The translations under genes and the position numbers were made by a program. Shown here piece after piece: positions 11,960-26,959 of a DNA stretch of 64,000 bases. The notes beneath the pieces are model-generated. The model was not told the DNA's origin and ran no database searches. It saw only the letters and a program-made list of their open reading frames with translations. Every line of letters begins with the position of its first letter. Within the stretch, counting starts at the first letter, position 1. The stretch comes from Leucoraja ocellata (Eukaryota): positions 5,022,001 to 5,086,000 of the forward strand of contig JAWMAR010000148.1 in assembly GCA_036785375.1 (NCBI GenBank), written 5' to 3'.

Positions 11960-14124
11960 AAGTATTTAACTAATAGTGATTTATGAAATACTGCTCAGAA
12001 ATTCAATGAAATCATATCTGCAGAACTCCTTTTGTCTGTAAGCTTGATACTGTTTGCAAATTCACTCATTTACCAAAGTATTATCTATTCTGCACAAATC
12101 AGTGTTCACAGCCCTAAAATGGTCCATAACTAATATTTCCAATCATTGGGCAAAATGATTGATAATTATATATATGTTTGTGTGAGTATGCATACATAAA
12201 TATACACTGAACTTTTTTTTCTTTTTCTTCTTTTTTTCCCTCTCGCTTTTCATATTGTTTACAGAGTACTATGTTTACATATTCTGTTGTGCTGCAACAA
12301 GTAAGAATTTGTTGTTCTATCTGGGACATATGACAATAAAACACTATTGTCTCAAACCAGCCTCCTGCCATTACACAGTTCTTCCTCATGGCTATACTTA
12401 AATGCTCCCCAAACATCTACCTTGAATACATTTCACAGTTCTTGCTTGGCCTTTTAACTTAATTTAATTGTGTTATTTCCAAAGTGTGCCCCATGTGAGT
12501 GAAACGGCCAAATATTTTGTAGGTACATGGTAACCCTGCTTAACCTTCATTACGAAAAATCAAATAACAATAGTTACTGCCAAATATAAATATCCATTTG
12601 TGGAAAAATAGAAATTACATGAAATGAGGTCAGGCCACTCAAAGCGCGATACACTTTTAACCTTCATAGCAGAGATTCCGTGACAGTACTATTTTCCCAT
12701 AGCCAGTTAAAATTGGCTGGGTTGGGGAGGAAAATACAATTATGGGTAATATATTTTACTCCAGAGTAAACTGGATATTTAAGTCTTAAGATTTGTTTTT
12801 AGGGTCAGGACAGTTGCACAAATAATAATAATACGGAAATGTGTCTAGTGACCAAAAATGTTGCCCTTTGCCAATATACATAAGCACAAAGAATCCCTTG
12901 GATATAGCTATTTGTTGGCACAAATAGGCAAAAAGTAATAGAAATTCTTGACATTTTCAGCAGAAAACAATCAAGTCTATTTTATAGAGCTCTACCCTGC
13001 TGACATGCAAGTATAAAGTTTCAAATTATTTACAGAAAATATAAAAATCCACTGAAAATAACATTTTGTTATAAAAATTAGTAATGTTCCCATAGCAGTT
13101 TGCGAGCAAATTACGAGTTGATATATATATGGATGCCAGATATTTTGTCCTAGAGAACTCCAGCCAAATCTAGAATGAAAAAAAAGGTTTGAGCAATATG
13201 TCTGGGCAGCACTGATCCACAGGGTTCGGCCCTTGCATGGATGTAGCTTATAAAACTATCACGCAATGTTTCACAAAGTGCTTTGGTTTCAGCAAATAAA
13301 GTCTGCCAAGTATTGCTCTACTCGTATCCCAGTGGAGTTAGAAATTCAAATTAATATAAACAGGCTATACCCTTGGAACCTTTTAACACTCCTACTTTAG
13401 TCTGCAGTGTTTCAAACTACTTTAGGGACCTGCTTGGTTGTGCAAAAACCCGAGTTATGCAATCCCCCCCCCTCCCATCCCAGCATTGTGTACTGATATT
13501 ATGCATAATGTGGGCTCTCAAATGAGTTTGAGGTTTTAGTCTGCAATTTCTCCCATTAAAAATCTCTAATCCATGCGAACGGTTGCCAAATAAAAGGGAA
13601 ACACTTACTCCGTGGATGGGAATAATTATAATGGAACTAAACCAGTGCAGGTTTCAGAACAATTCCTCAGATGTGGTTCAAGAATGTCATCAAGAGACAT
13701 CCAGAACCAAGTCATGGTGAACATTAAAAACACTATTTGCTCGAGCACAAGGAAGAGTGAAGTCCCAACCAGCTGTTTCTCTCCCTAGAATACAATGACT
13801 GATCATTTGCATGGTTAAGGAACTGACTGCTGGCAATATCGGTACAGTTGCGCTTGTTCGAGCTTTCCCGTCCCGTATATTAATTGCTAACTCTTTTCAG
13901 GCATTTTCCCCACTGGGATCAAACATTTATTTCCACCCAAAGCTGCAAAATTAAGATGCCAGAACAAAGTTAAAGGAAACTTTAAATCAACCAAATTACT
14001 AGTTTACCATTGTTTTCAGAACTTTGTAAGTATCCAAAAATTGCTAATGTGGCATCCAAATGTAATCCTGTTCCACATATGGTGAGAGCACACACACACA
14101 CCGCAAAGGAAGTCTTTCCTTGAT

Positions 14125-14335
14125 CGGACTTTGCTGGCTTTACCTTGCACTGAACGTTATTCCCTTGTACTGTACTATAAATGTACCATAATACACTGTA
14201 CATACACTGTGAATGGCTCGATTGTAATCATGTATTGTCTTACTACCACTGGATAGCATGCAACAAAAGCTTTTCCCTGTACCTCGGTACATGTGACTAT
14301 GTAAACTAAACTAAGCCATAAACAGGAATTACTTT
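14125..14335 (+). mobile_element. LINE-like 3' tail fragment (probably L2 clade)
   Basis: Related sequence occurs in reverse at 39485-39720; ends in (aaact)n. Confidence 0.55.
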
Positions 14336-14564
14336 CACTATTCACTGGGATGCTAAACACACATCACCAGAGATCAACCATGTTTTGTGGAAAGCCTGTT
14401 GGTCTCTTTTCAAATTTATTTAATCATGTTTAAGTTAGACTCAATGACTGAAATTGGAGAAAGAAAAATATACATAGGTGCTGCCATTCATTAGTTAGTG
14501 CAGCATACAATTCTTTCTCTGTTTCATACCACCCAAATAGTCTTGCAATATCTTCCCTTCAAGT

Positions 14565-14765
14565 GTTCAAGATGGAACTGCAGATGCTGGAAAATCGAAG
14601 GTACACAAAAAAGCTGGAGAAACTCAGCGGGTGCAGCAGCATCGATGGAGCGAAGGAAATAGGCAACATTTCAGGCCGAAACCCTTCTTCAGAAGAAGGG
14701 TTTCAGCCCGAAACGTTGCCTATTTCCTGCGCTCCATACATGCTGCTGCACCTGCTGAGTTTCTT
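14565..14765 (-). mobile_element. Penelope-derived fold-back element
   Basis: Same family as 2835-3047 in the opposite orientation; inverted arms centred near 14691. Confidence 0.85.
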
Positions 14766-16323
14766 CATTAAAAGTGTCTAATTAATGAACATCTTGATTT
14801 ATCACTCACCTTCCCATTTCTACCTTACTTTGAAGTGAATTATCCTTATCAAGTGCTGTGCTTTAACACTCATTATTTAAAAGCGGCCATTTTGTCTTCC
14901 AATATATTTATCTCATGCTCAATAGATAAATATTGTTCTGCCCGTAATAGACCAATCGAAATGTGGATTTGGAAAGAAAGCCAATGACTCCTTCCCCATC
15001 TTGCAGGAATATTTCTGCAACAATGGGAAGGCAGGTACCCATGTTGAGGTACTTCCTCAAAGGAATCCCAGGAATACATTTGCATTATAAACGCTACATG
15101 TTCGTAAAGATTTTTTATAGCGAGTCACTTTTAAACAGTATTTCATTTGTATGTCTATGAATTCAATGAACACTTCTAGTTTAAGACGTGGATATATCAG
15201 CTGAAATATTTCATCCACTAAACAACAATTTGAAACAAATCAAATTAGTATTATCTTGGCATCTATCTGGCAAATTACCCATGTATGCATTGTGCACAAA
15301 AACAGATCATGTATAATGCAGTCATTTGCTACCCTATCAATCTCTTAATCATCAGTTAGCTACTGGAGGTATTATAAATAGCAACAACGAGTGACACTTT
15401 TTCCAATTAGGTCCCCTGATGTTCAGTTTGGATCTGTCAGAAACAAATTTCTAAATAAATCACAGCTTTTGTCCAAACGTGGATAGAAGAAATGCAGGCC
15501 AAGGATGACAAGAGAGATGTTCCCCTCAACATCAATACAGCATTCAGCCAATTATGTAGAAATACATCATATCAAGACACACATAATGTGATGAAAGGAA
15601 AATTCTCTGGAGACTCTGTTATTCATACTAAAAAGAAAGCAACTATCATTGCCAGAGACTAGTTCTCACGGCATAGAATACTGTCCTTTGTTGCAAGGTC
15701 ACATACAATTGCCATTCCAATCAACTCTTGAGAGAGCTGGGAGGCAAAGTGCAGCTGGAAATGTAGGCAAGATATACAGGGTGGCCAGAGTATGGCCAAG
15801 GATAAGATCAGATATGCGGAAACCATAGGAAACCCAAGCAGGGTTCAGTTGGAAGCCAAGGGCCAGTGTATAGTTGGAGACATAACCAAGTGTGCCATAG
15901 AGGGAAGGAAGTGCTAAGGGCTGAAGGAGATGTATTGTAGCGTTATGGGAGATGGTCAACAAGCTGCAGGTTGTGAGGAGGAAATGAACTCTATGAATTG
16001 AGGGACAGGAAGCACAGAGGATGTGAGAGGTTTGGAGAAGGGTGGGCAAGGAGGAGGGAGAAAGTGTGCAGGAGCACCGGTACTTCAGTCCAAACACATG
16101 GGTCTGTGAAAGCTTGTGAGTGCATACGTATGAATGGCACAACGTGGGCAATGATCTGCTTTGCCTGTATTAAAAGGATCCCACATTGAAGGATTTTTGT
16201 TAAAGTGACCCCAGATTTGGAAGCAGTGAAACCACCAGCCTAAGATCTCTCTACGAAAGCTCCTGATCCAAATACAAACAGCTCCATCTCTTTGTTCCGC
16301 TCTTTCATAAAGACCAACAGTTA

Positions 16324-16635
16324 GGGCGTTACGGTGAGGCAGCGGTAGATTTGCAGCCTTACAGCGCCAGAGGCCTGGGTTCGATCCCGACCATGGGTGC
16401 TGCCTGCACGGAGTTTGTACGTTCTCCCCGTGACCGTGTGGGTTTACTCCGAGATCTTCGGTTTCCTCCCACACTCCAAAGACGTACAGGTTTGTAGGGT
16501 TAATTGACTTGGTGTAAGTGTAAATTGTCCCTAGTGTGTGTAGGCTTGTGTTAATGTGCGGGGAACGCTGATTGGTGCGGACACGGTGGGCCGAAGGGAC
16601 TGTTTCCGCGTAGTATCTCTAAACTAAACTAAACT
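16324..16635 (+). mobile_element. Full-length V-SINE (HE1-like)
   Basis: A-box-like head, B-box ggttcgatcc, V-domain, (aaact)n tail. Confidence 0.9.
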
Positions 16636-18169
16636 TAGGCTGTTTTCTAAAACAGCCTAAGTTTTAGTATCCATAGTAGTTTTAGTATACTAATATCAGT
16701 ATTTAGTATCCATCACAATTTCTAGGAGTATAAGGCAATAACTCCAATCTATACAAGTCCCTAAATGATATCTAATTTAGGCAGACTAAATTAGCAATAA
16801 TTTTCACAAATGTGAAATTGTGACCCCCAGAGAAAAGAAAACACCACATTCTCTTGTCTTAAATGTTAACATCACCCCTTGATGGAAAATGCTACAATAA
16901 CTGATCAGAAATGTAATTAGAAAAGCCATGTTAACATTCTGGCTGGTCTAATTCATTACACATAGTGATGTTCAAAACCACTCTTCACCACCAACCAGAC
17001 CCATGGCAGTACTGTAATAAACACTCACTACTGGTTTTAATAGGAGGAACCACATAACATCCAGGCAGAGCAGTTTGCTGCTCTCAACCCAAGAAAAATG
17101 AAACGACAATTTTTCTAAATGGAATTGCTTAATTTCAAACTAATGCCGAAAAACGATTCCATAGCTTTCTCCACATTTAATGGAAATGCTGTTTATCCAA
17201 AACACAATTGTTGCAACATTAGACTCTAATCTTTTGATCACCATGAAAGCACTGAACCATCATCTTATCCAAGAATGAATCACTTAATTGGCCCTTGACA
17301 GGCTACTTTTGCTTCATGACATACGGTAATCTATATTTGTATTGCAACGGGCTCCCTGCATGGATTATCCACAGATGGTGCCAGCTATCTAGTACTTTTT
17401 GTTGATGTAGAAGTTTGGGCAGGAGGATATTCCTCACGTGACAAGCGAATCAGGCCGTGTCCCCTGCTGCAAATAAGCCTCTGGAGGCCTATCCTTAGGT
17501 TCCCTCTCTGAACTGTGTTGACAGCTTTTCTTAGATTGCTCCTAGTTAAAATTAGTGAAATAAATTAACTAAATATGCAATCGCAACATGGCTCGCAGTG
17601 AAACATTATTCATCATATTTTTCTCCCTGTGCTCGAAATCCTACCCTCTGCCATCACCAAATACATCAACTTTCTTATATAAATCACAATGCTTTAATTA
17701 TAAGAAATACCCAACCATTTTTGTTGTTGAGTCCAGACTGCGTAGATCGATGTCCTATAACTTCACCACTCTTATTACCACCACCAACTCAGATGGAAAT
17801 CTGCAAACCTTTGACACCCCAATGCAAGATTATTATTTATGTCATCTGTGTTACCTATCATCTACCTTACCACTGTTAGTAAGCACAGTGTAACAAAGCA
17901 AAGCATCAGTGGAAAGTCAATGAATGTGGAGTATTTCGTTTTCTTAAAGGTGCCGCATTGAAGCTTGCACTGACACCATATTGGAATGAATAGAAGCCTA
18001 ACTGATAGAAAGTCCCAGAAAGATAAACGGACCATTTTCAGTTGGTAAAGTGCAACTGAGAAGAAATGTAGATGCTTTCTTATTATATTTCAGGAAACAT
18101 CTCAAAGTAAAATGGATATTTTTTTATGCTAGGGGATTTATCTTTGCTCCATAATTGTAATCAAATTAG

Positions 18170-19385
18170 TGTAACAGGGTTTGTAATTTTTACTCGACGA
18201 TTCAGAATCCAATTTAATGATTTAGAATGAAGACATCATGCATTATATTTAAGTTTGCTGACAATACAATACAATAATAGATTATAAGACAATTTTGGAG
18301 GAAGGCACAGAACTTTTGTAAAAGGATATAAACTGCTTAAGTGTGTGAATAGGACTCTGAAGGATGGAGTACAATGTGGAGAAAAGCAAAATGATTCATT
18401 TTAGGAGGAAAAATAGAAAAGTAGGGCAATCACGGTGGCACAGCGGTAGAGTTGCTGCCTTTCAGTGAATGCAGAGCCGGAGACCCGGATTCGATCCTGA
18501 CTACAGGCGCTGTCTGTACGGAGTTTGTACGTTCTCCCCGTGACCTGCATGGGTTTTCTCCGAGATCTTCGGTTTCCTCACACACTCCAAAGACGTACAG
18601 GTTTGTAGGTTAATTGGCTTGGTAAATGTAAACATTGTCTCTAGTGGGTGTAGGATAGTGTTAAAGTGCGGGGATCGCTGGTCGGCGCGGGCCCGGTGGG
18701 TCGAAAGGCCCGTTTCCGCGCTGTATTTCTAAACTAAAACTAAATATGATGACTTAATTGAATGCTGTTGTTCAGAGATACATTGGCATTCTCACAGAAG
18801 AAATGCACAAAGCAAGTTTGCACTACAGTAGGTAATTAGGAAAGTATAAGAAGCATGGTTTTATCAGCCTATATTGCAAGAATAATGGGATCCAAAAGTA
18901 GGTAAGATTTTCTGCAATGGGACATGATTTTGGTGAAACTATGCTTACAACACTGCTTGCAATTTTGATCTAATTTAAGAAATGATACTCTTGTCTTTGA
19001 AATAGTACACGGATTGTTTATTTAAAATATGAAGAGACAACATAACGAGGAAAGATTGGCACTTTGCACCTAAACTCGGTGAAGTATGAGAGGTAACCTT
19101 ATTAAAACTTTGGTGTTTGCAGGATGACAAGGAACCTGCTGACAAGATGTTTCCTCTGGTTTTGGGTATTGAGACCTCATGGAATATACTCGGGAGAAGT
19201 GATCGCTTATTCATTATTGAGATGAGGAAGAATTTCTGTTCTCAAAGGCTCATGAATCTCTGGAGTTCTATAATCCAGGGCACTGTAGGTGCTGACTCAT
19301 CATGTATATTGCAGTCTGTTCATTTTTCAACTACAGGGAAGCAGGAGTTGAAGCTAAGGTCAGATCAGATATGGTTTGCATGAAA
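18170..19385 (+). mobile_element. Old degraded CR1 ORF2 fragment with a nested SINE
   Basis: Remnants KFADNT, YNVEK, EMRKNFCSQRLMNLWSS; many frameshifts. Confidence 0.75.
18424..18744 (+). mobile_element. Full-length V-SINE nested in the old CR1
   Basis: tRNA-like head, V-domain, aaact tail. Confidence 0.9.
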
Positions 19386-19791
19386 ATCAAAACTGAGTCA
19401 AGAGTGCAAATAGCATACTTCTCGTTCTTAAGTGGAGGGGTAAGAGAATGTTCCTGAACTTCTTTAAACTTCTCTGCTTTTTTTGTTTGTTTGGAAGTGC
19501 AGATGTAGCCATGGCTTCGTAGTTCATCTGAAACAATTCACATGGATGTACAAAGTATTTATATGTTTTATGATCAAGTTTCTGGAGTTGCCACCACTGA
19601 GCCACAAATTATATCTAAGCTACCATCCGTCCTTAATCTACAAGGTGTCTATTTTATACAACTATGATCAAACGCAGACGTATCTGCTTTCACAAACATT
19701 TGGATAAATGGCATGGTAGACTTACTACATTCCAAAATTGGAATTTTAAATAAAAATGATCGACTCTGGAAAAATAATTGCTTTGCCTTAC

Positions 19792-19882
19792 CTGAATTCC
19801 TTTAAATCCGCAAAGAAAGTAGTATTGCCAAAGGGGTTTAGTTGTGTCAATGTGGATCTTGTTTATATGAACACTATAATCC
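19792..19882 (-). CDS. GALK2: GALK2 coding exon 4
   Basis: (L)[30 protein letters not shown]. 91 bp, phase 2/0, compatible with neighbouring exons; AG/GT flanks. Confidence 0.95.
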
Positions 19883-20167
19883 CTGCAGAAATAAAGATCA
19901 TTGTTGAAGTATATTCTAAAGAATAGCTAACTGCTGCCACCTGTTGGCTGGAAGGAAAGGTCACTAACAACCATGTCATTGTTCAAATCACAAAAGCAGT
20001 AAAACTGTTAAGCCAGCACACTTGGGACTTTACTGGTGCTGGACTGGCAGATTTTCCAGTCTTTGGGATATAATTCCAATCAATATTGCAGCACACTTTT
20101 AATGAAAAAATGTTTTAAGATAGTATCATAGCTATTCCATTGAACCACATACATTTCAAGGGCAAAG

Positions 20168-20322
20168 AACACAAAGTGCTGGAGTAACTCAGCAGGTCAG
20201 GCAGCATCTCTGGCAAACATGGATAGGTGTCGAGATGCATTGTCTCCAGAGATGCCACCTGACCGGCTGAGTTACTCCAGCACTTCATGTCTTTTTATGT
20301 ATTAACCAGCATCTGCAGTTTC
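20168..20322. mobile_element. Penelope-derived fold-back element, centre deleted
   Basis: Inverted arms; flanking direct repeat atttcaagg. Confidence 0.75.
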
Positions 20323-21264
20323 TAAATTTCAAGGAAACATGAGAACCAGGACTTCACTGATTTGAGCGGAACGACTGGAACCAGGGTCCAATTAAATTCG
20401 CAGGAAAGCTAGGCATCAGCACTTCACAACATAGATGCTAAACAATTGAGATTGTGTAGTATATTAACAGTGTTGCTTTGTAAATCCATTTGGCGGATCA
20501 CTAGCCCAATAATCTAAAAGAGTTAACAATTTAAAAGTTATTGCACATTTTAAAATTAAAATAAAATTAAAACTAGTCATATTATCAGGCAGCCATATGA
20601 GCCTTAAATGATCAATTTGATAGAAATATTTTATGTAATGGCTGTTTACTATAATTTATTATACTAAGTAATGAGTAACAGTTTAATAAAAAATAATTTC
20701 AATAAATGTTGAAAGGGGGGTTTAACAATTAGAATTCCCCTATAGCCAAAATGTCCCGAATATTTTCCAGATTCTTCATGAGAAGAGAAAACATGCAGCC
20801 AGTCTATTCTCCCTATATATATATATATATACTCGGACAGGTCTGCAGGGTCAGAATCAAAACATTTCTAATCATCACACCGAGATTCAACTCTTCCTCA
20901 CAAGAGGACTAATATGAAAAGGGAATCTGGAAGGTGCAGGTCATTATTTTCAATAATGCTAGATTTATTGCTCTTTTTATCTATCTACAAACAAAAGCCT
21001 ACCATACAATGAGCATAGCATCTACTTCTTTAGAGGAATAACATCTCCAAATGATCAAACCAAGAACTAAAAATGTTGATTTCTTCAAGCTGCTAACACT
21101 TCACATCAAATAGCCACTTGACTAAATGCGAATGGGTCAAAAAGGTAGCAAAAGGTTGAAAACAAAGCACAACATCTTTGATCTTGAAATATTTTTCTCC
21201 CAGAGAGTCATGACTGTTTGGAAGACAGTGTGAAAACACTGTTTCTAAATATTCCTATGGTAGA

Positions 21265-21464
21265 CACAAAATGCTGGAGTAACTCAGTAGATCAGGCAGC
21301 ATTACTGAAGAAAAGGAGTGGGTGACGTTTCAGACAGAGCGAGAGTTCCGACCTGACATGTCACCTATTCCTTTTATCCAGAGATGCTGCCTGACCCACT
21401 GAATTACAGGTATTCCAGCATTTTGTGTCTATCTTCGATGTAAGCCAGTTCCTTCCTACACATT
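21265..21464. mobile_element. Penelope-derived fold-back element inserted into an old CR1 3' fragment
   Basis: TSD ttcctatggtaga at 21252-21264 and 21465-21477. Confidence 0.8.
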
Positions 21465-23334
21465 TTCCTATGGTAGAGATGGATAGATATGGTAAATTAT
21501 GGCAGAGATGGAAGTAAATGGTAGAGATGGAAGGAAAAGGAAAATTACCGTCGGTTTAGACATCATCTTATGACAGAACAGACATGAGTGGCCAAATGGC
21601 CAGTTGCCCACACATGTCTGTTCTGTTATAAGATGATGTATTTGTTGATACAACAAACTGAAATTATTGACCCGAATGATCAGAGAAAGCAGCCAGATCC
21701 CCGATTTATCAGCGTTCCCAAAGGACAGCACCTCAGTGAATATATAATTCCTCTCAATATTGTACAAATTACAGTTCTGCAAGTATTACAATGGGATGAC
21801 ATGACAGACAAACAATATTGACCAGAAAATTATGTTTCTAGAACAGAAATATCTCCATTCACAAGTTACCACTACACAGTGACTTTTCCAATATCTGCAT
21901 TGATTTTTTGGTATTTCTTTTAATGTTAAATCAAATCATTTACGATATTTAAAAAAAAACAAATTTTAGTAAACGTCGCCCTGATAATTTTATGGTTGTT
22001 TAATGTTATAAAAAGTCTCCTCCCTCTTCTGTATAGGATTTCATTCAAAAATGTCATCTAAACTTGATGCTGGTCCGTAACTTGTTAAAATTGAAACTGA
22101 AAGTCAGCATCACAAAGTTTCAATGTGATCACTTAGCGCTGCAGGAATTACTGTAACTCAAGTGAAATCAGACACCATAGTTACTAATGAAATGAGTCAT
22201 GAGTGTGGAGTGTAGAAATTTTAAAAAAATGTTAGTGTACAATCTGAACATCAATCAAAATCTGGAGCATATGGTGGTGGTGGTTGAAATAATGTTTGTA
22301 TTAGCTTGTGATAGGTTTTGCAAGGGTCAGAATGACATTTGTGAGAACATTTGTTGTTGACAGCTGCAGTGAGGCAGTGCAATAAGGTCCATAATTCGGT
22401 AATCCAGCGGCTGGGAAAGTTGCACTTCAGAAGATTTAATTTTAAATCACTTGACCTGTTCCTTGAAGCAGTCGTATATATATTTAGAAAGTTGAAGGGC
22501 CCACTTAGAAAGTTGACGTTCTGTTCTCCCACAGTCAACATTAAACGTACTGCTTGCTGGTGCCTCATAAAGGGCAACAAGTCCATAATCGTGATACACG
22601 AGTTGGGTTGAGAGCCCCGTCACGCAAAAGCTGGAGTAGGGAAGTAACAATTATGGAGACGTTCAGAAGAGGTTTAGATGATTTCTACATCCTACCTCAT
22701 TTGAATGTCCTCCTAATTTTTGCTTAAAGCTCACTGGAATGATGGTGGGGGGGGGAGAGGAGACTGGTCGCTGCAGGTTTCTAGTAAGTACCTAAGCGAA
22801 TAATACTCATTGAAGTAAATGTGGCCTTCTCCTGACAGTTGTGCTTGAAGAAGTGGGGCAAGGATGGGAGGGAGAAAAAATAAATCCAAATTAGCCCTGT
22901 AAACTAGTCTGTCCCCCCAAGCCTACAATAAAACTTGCCACTAACTTTAGTTGACAGCTCAGGACTTGGGCATTTATGCATTTTACAATCACAAGACCTT
23001 TGGGATCTGAATTATATTATTGAACCAAGATATTTAAATATTTGGGGATGCCATGCATATAGCAGGCGTCTTGACACTTCTGAAAATAGAGTGAAAATAG
23101 TGAACACAACTGGTGACTAAATGCCACACAGGTACAGTTAAAGTTAGTGCTGTCAGGCGGCATCCTTAATCACTTACACACATGGATTTAATTTTACTCT
23201 CAGATATGCATAAGTACAGATATCAATATCACTGCCATCATCTTTGTCAATGCCCATTGCGATACATTTGTATTTAGGAACTACTTTAGTAAAACATTAT
23301 TCCAGTAGAAATGTACATGTTACTTCCCTTTGAT

Positions 23335-23630
23335 TAACATAGAACAGTACAGCACAGGAATAGGCCCTTCAATCCACAATGTCTGTGCGGAATATGTCAA
23401 AACCAACACTTATCTGTCTGCACAAAATCCAGATCCCTCCATTGGGAATTGCCTATTCATATGTTATTTTCATAGCTGCCTGCTGCCTGCACCACCATCC
23501 CTGGTAGTGTGTTCCAGGCCCTTATCACTCTCTGTGTAAAAGCTTGCCTGACCATCTCCTTGCCCTGAACATTTCCTCCTCACATCTTAAAGCTATGCCC
23601 TCTTGTATTTGATTGTTCCATCCTGGGAAT
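23335..23630 (-). mobile_element. CR1 3' fragment
   Basis: catagaacagtacagcacagg tail and reverse-strand ORF2 end. Confidence 0.7.
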
Positions 23631-25289
23631 GAAAAACTTGGAAGTTAGATACTTAGGTTAAGATACCAGTATTTAATCTATTTTCAATCTGAATCCAAAC
23701 AAAAGTTTTCAAACAAAGTCAAAAGGTTTTTGACTGCTCCTATTCTAATTTGCTTCTAATAGACAAGATATGAGCACATTCCTATTACGGGCAATAACAA
23801 AAGTAGGAGATGGCCACTTAGACCTAGCACAGTAAGTCATAAGGTCAAGTAATAGGAGTAGAATTAGGCCATTTGGCCCATCGTCTACTCTGCCATTCAA
23901 ACTAGGCTCCCTCCTAACCGCTTTCTCCTCTTCTCCCCATAACCTCTGACACCTGTACTTTCGAAAGTATTTTCTAAATAACCTTAAGTGCCCCAAACAT
24001 AATCACCAACTGCAACAATTACCTCATTTAGTGATCAAATTGGAATTCCCATCTATATTTCTTAATTCTTGTTCTATTCCTCCCCCCCCCCCCCCCCATT
24101 GCCTGGTATCCCCACATTAATACAATTGATATACTGCTGTTACTTTTCATGCATTTTATAGCTTGGCCTGCATCTCAAGCCTGCCAAATCTGAAATGCAC
24201 AATTAGGAAATTCATTAGTTCCCAATTTTTCAATTGTGCGATTTAGCATATGTTCTGAATCTAATTTAGCAGAAGCACATCCATCCAATGTGCAAAATAT
24301 AAATTAAGTTGAAATTTAGTAAGTTGCAAATCAGAGAAAACTGGTGTATCTTTAATTCTAGAAAGAATATACCATATATTGTTATCTATGTTATTTTGGC
24401 TGGTAGCATGTAATATGAAATGGCTAAGCCCGAGTACCTATTACAAACAACAAACGCAGGAGATGGGCACTTAGACCAAGCACAGCAAGTAGCTTGAACA
24501 ATATATATGTTTTAAATAACTTCAATAATATAAACTCATTCCCACTTAAAATTTGAAATATAAATAATCCCCAAATATTTCCATACTCGTAGCTAAAATA
24601 TATAAAAATTCAGGTTTCATCAACGTTTGCAGATAAGAGTTTGTCTTGGCATCATGATCGGCACAGGCATTATGGGGCTTGTTCCTTTGCAATATTGTAT
24701 TATTCTATTTTAATAAATCTTACTCTTTCTGAATCGGTCCTTAACATACCTTTCACCTCATCCCTCATCTTTATGAAGTATCATCGCTAATTTGCTTTTA
24801 TTTTCCTCATGCCATGAAGAGTTTCCCACCAATTTCTTGGTCAATGACTCATTCCTGGATATCTGTCAACTGATTTCTGTTACCCGACTTCTCAGCAATC
24901 TACAACAGCAACACAAAGTAGAAACAAGCAATTGCAGATGCTGGTTTACACCTGACCCACTCTTTATGTCCTTTAGATCAACCCAAAGTAATCTGTCTCC
25001 AATTTTTCTTCCTCTTTATTTTTGGCATTTATTAGAAAAGCACAGCTTAGATCAGCAATACACCTCATTAAAAACTTACGGATTCAAATCAAGATCTTTA
25101 TAACCCCATGGTGCACCCTGCTATAATTAAAATACTTAAAAAAAATCTCAATATTAACTTTAAACATAACAATACAGAATTCAAATTTAGCACTGTCAAG
25201 ACTTTTCAGTAAACACAAAGCCCCATTAAAAAACTGGAATAAAATTGCAATAGTTCTTTCTTATTCCGGTTTCAAATTAAATTGCTCAC

Positions 25290-25413
25290 AGGTATACAGG
25301 ATTAGTGTTTGCCAGCTGGATGATACTTGTTTGCGTTGGTGTGACAGCTGCCAAGATATCTTGTTCTAAAGCCATTGGAAGTACAGCGTAGCCACTGTAA
25401 TCAATGTGTTCCC
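25290..25413 (-). CDS. GALK2: GALK2 coding exon 3
   Basis: (G)[40 protein letters not shown](L), the galactokinase sugar-binding signature. 124 bp, phase 1/2. Confidence 0.96.
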
Positions 25414-26959
25414 CTGCAAAATATTTAAATTACTAAAATTATACAAGCATTTCATAACAAAAAGATTACATAAATTAGGCTAATTAAATAATTTTATGAA
25501 TGCCTGTCAGATTTCATGTTAAGTAATATAGAAAGCGGGTATTTTCTATCCCTCTTCCTGATAACAGAGAACCAAGGCATAATATCCCACATTTATAGAT
25601 CCTCCTATTCAAGTAGCCATTCTTTGGCATACTAGCTGATCAGAGCCATTAGATTAATAAAATGTATCTAGATCCGGTCCTCATGCATGTTTTTCAGCAA
25701 CTTCATGAGATAGAGATCAGATGGCTGTTTTGTGTCCTTCCCCCAAAGGATTGTGCATGTCAATTGGCAATTTACAATGTAGATTGAGATAATCTTTTTC
25801 ACCACAAGGCAAGGACCTGGGTGCTTTGTAAAATTAAGCCATGATTACTGTTGCCCACTATGTAATTGTAGTAAAAGGAAAGCTTTAACAACTTTAATTA
25901 ACAACATTTGGGCCACAATCAAAGCAGTGCATCTAAAGATCTAGTTTTCTAGTTCACATGCTAACGATACTAGTTTTTAAATCATCCTCACTTAATTGCC
26001 TTTGCGGTTTAGTTGTGTAACCATCTGATTTTCATCTTTTCCAAGAAACAGAACGTAATGCAAATTTTATGCTGTTCTCAGAATCTGCCTTTAGTTCACA
26101 TTGGCCCTTAAAGAATCGATAGAATGCTGGAAGAACTCAGCAGGTCAAGCAGCATATGTGGAAACAAAAAGGTGTAATGCTATTGATGCTGCTTGACACC
26201 GTGTTCTTCGAGCATTCTATTTTATTTAAAAGAATCCAAAGTACATTAATGTAAAACTAACATCTATCCAACTTTGGTTAATTCACATATGAAATTTATC
26301 ATCGCCAGCTTAAAGCTTAGCATAATTGACAAATTTAGGGAGTTCAATGCTTATTCCAGTTCCTGACCGTATTCCATGATGATATTTCCATGAGGAATTG
26401 AGTAAGAACTGCATAAAAGGAGTTCATGCCTTTCAGATGAGATATTAAATTAAGGTCCCATCTACAATATATCCAAACCAGCATTTATCCCTGAACAAAT
26501 ATAACCAAATCATTCACCTTACTGCCATTTTCAGGAAAGTGCCATGTACAAATGTATGTACAGTTATGTTTCCCTGACATTATAACATTGAGCAACTACA
26601 CTTCAAAGGCAATGAATTAGCTATACTAAGCTGTGGGATAATTTACAGTTACAGACAGGTTCATGAATGATATTAATAACAATTTAAATCACACAATAAC
26701 ATTGTCCATGCTTGTGGGCTGGCAACATTTAAATAAATGCACATCATGCATCAATAATAACTTTGCTGAGTACAAGCAATATTTTTTTTAAAAAGCTACC
26801 GGCAGCAACTATTCTGATCAATTGCCATTAACTTTTGTTTAGTTTGGCTCACTGAGGTCTTTCCAAATAGTTCCTTTTAAGCAACACGTGGTGAGGATTA
26901 GATGGATTACTGAATCTGACAAGTGACACAAAGAGTACAGTCCTGCCAATTGAAGCTAG

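Noticed and set aside
14551-14775. 14-bp TSD for the element at 14565
   Set aside because: Only about 10/14 matches in AT-rich sequence; too weak to count.
16324-16395. tRNA genes (A/B boxes), also near 18424 and in the minus-strand copies
   Set aside because: They are SINE heads that continue into the V-domain and tail; no cloverleaf or terminator.
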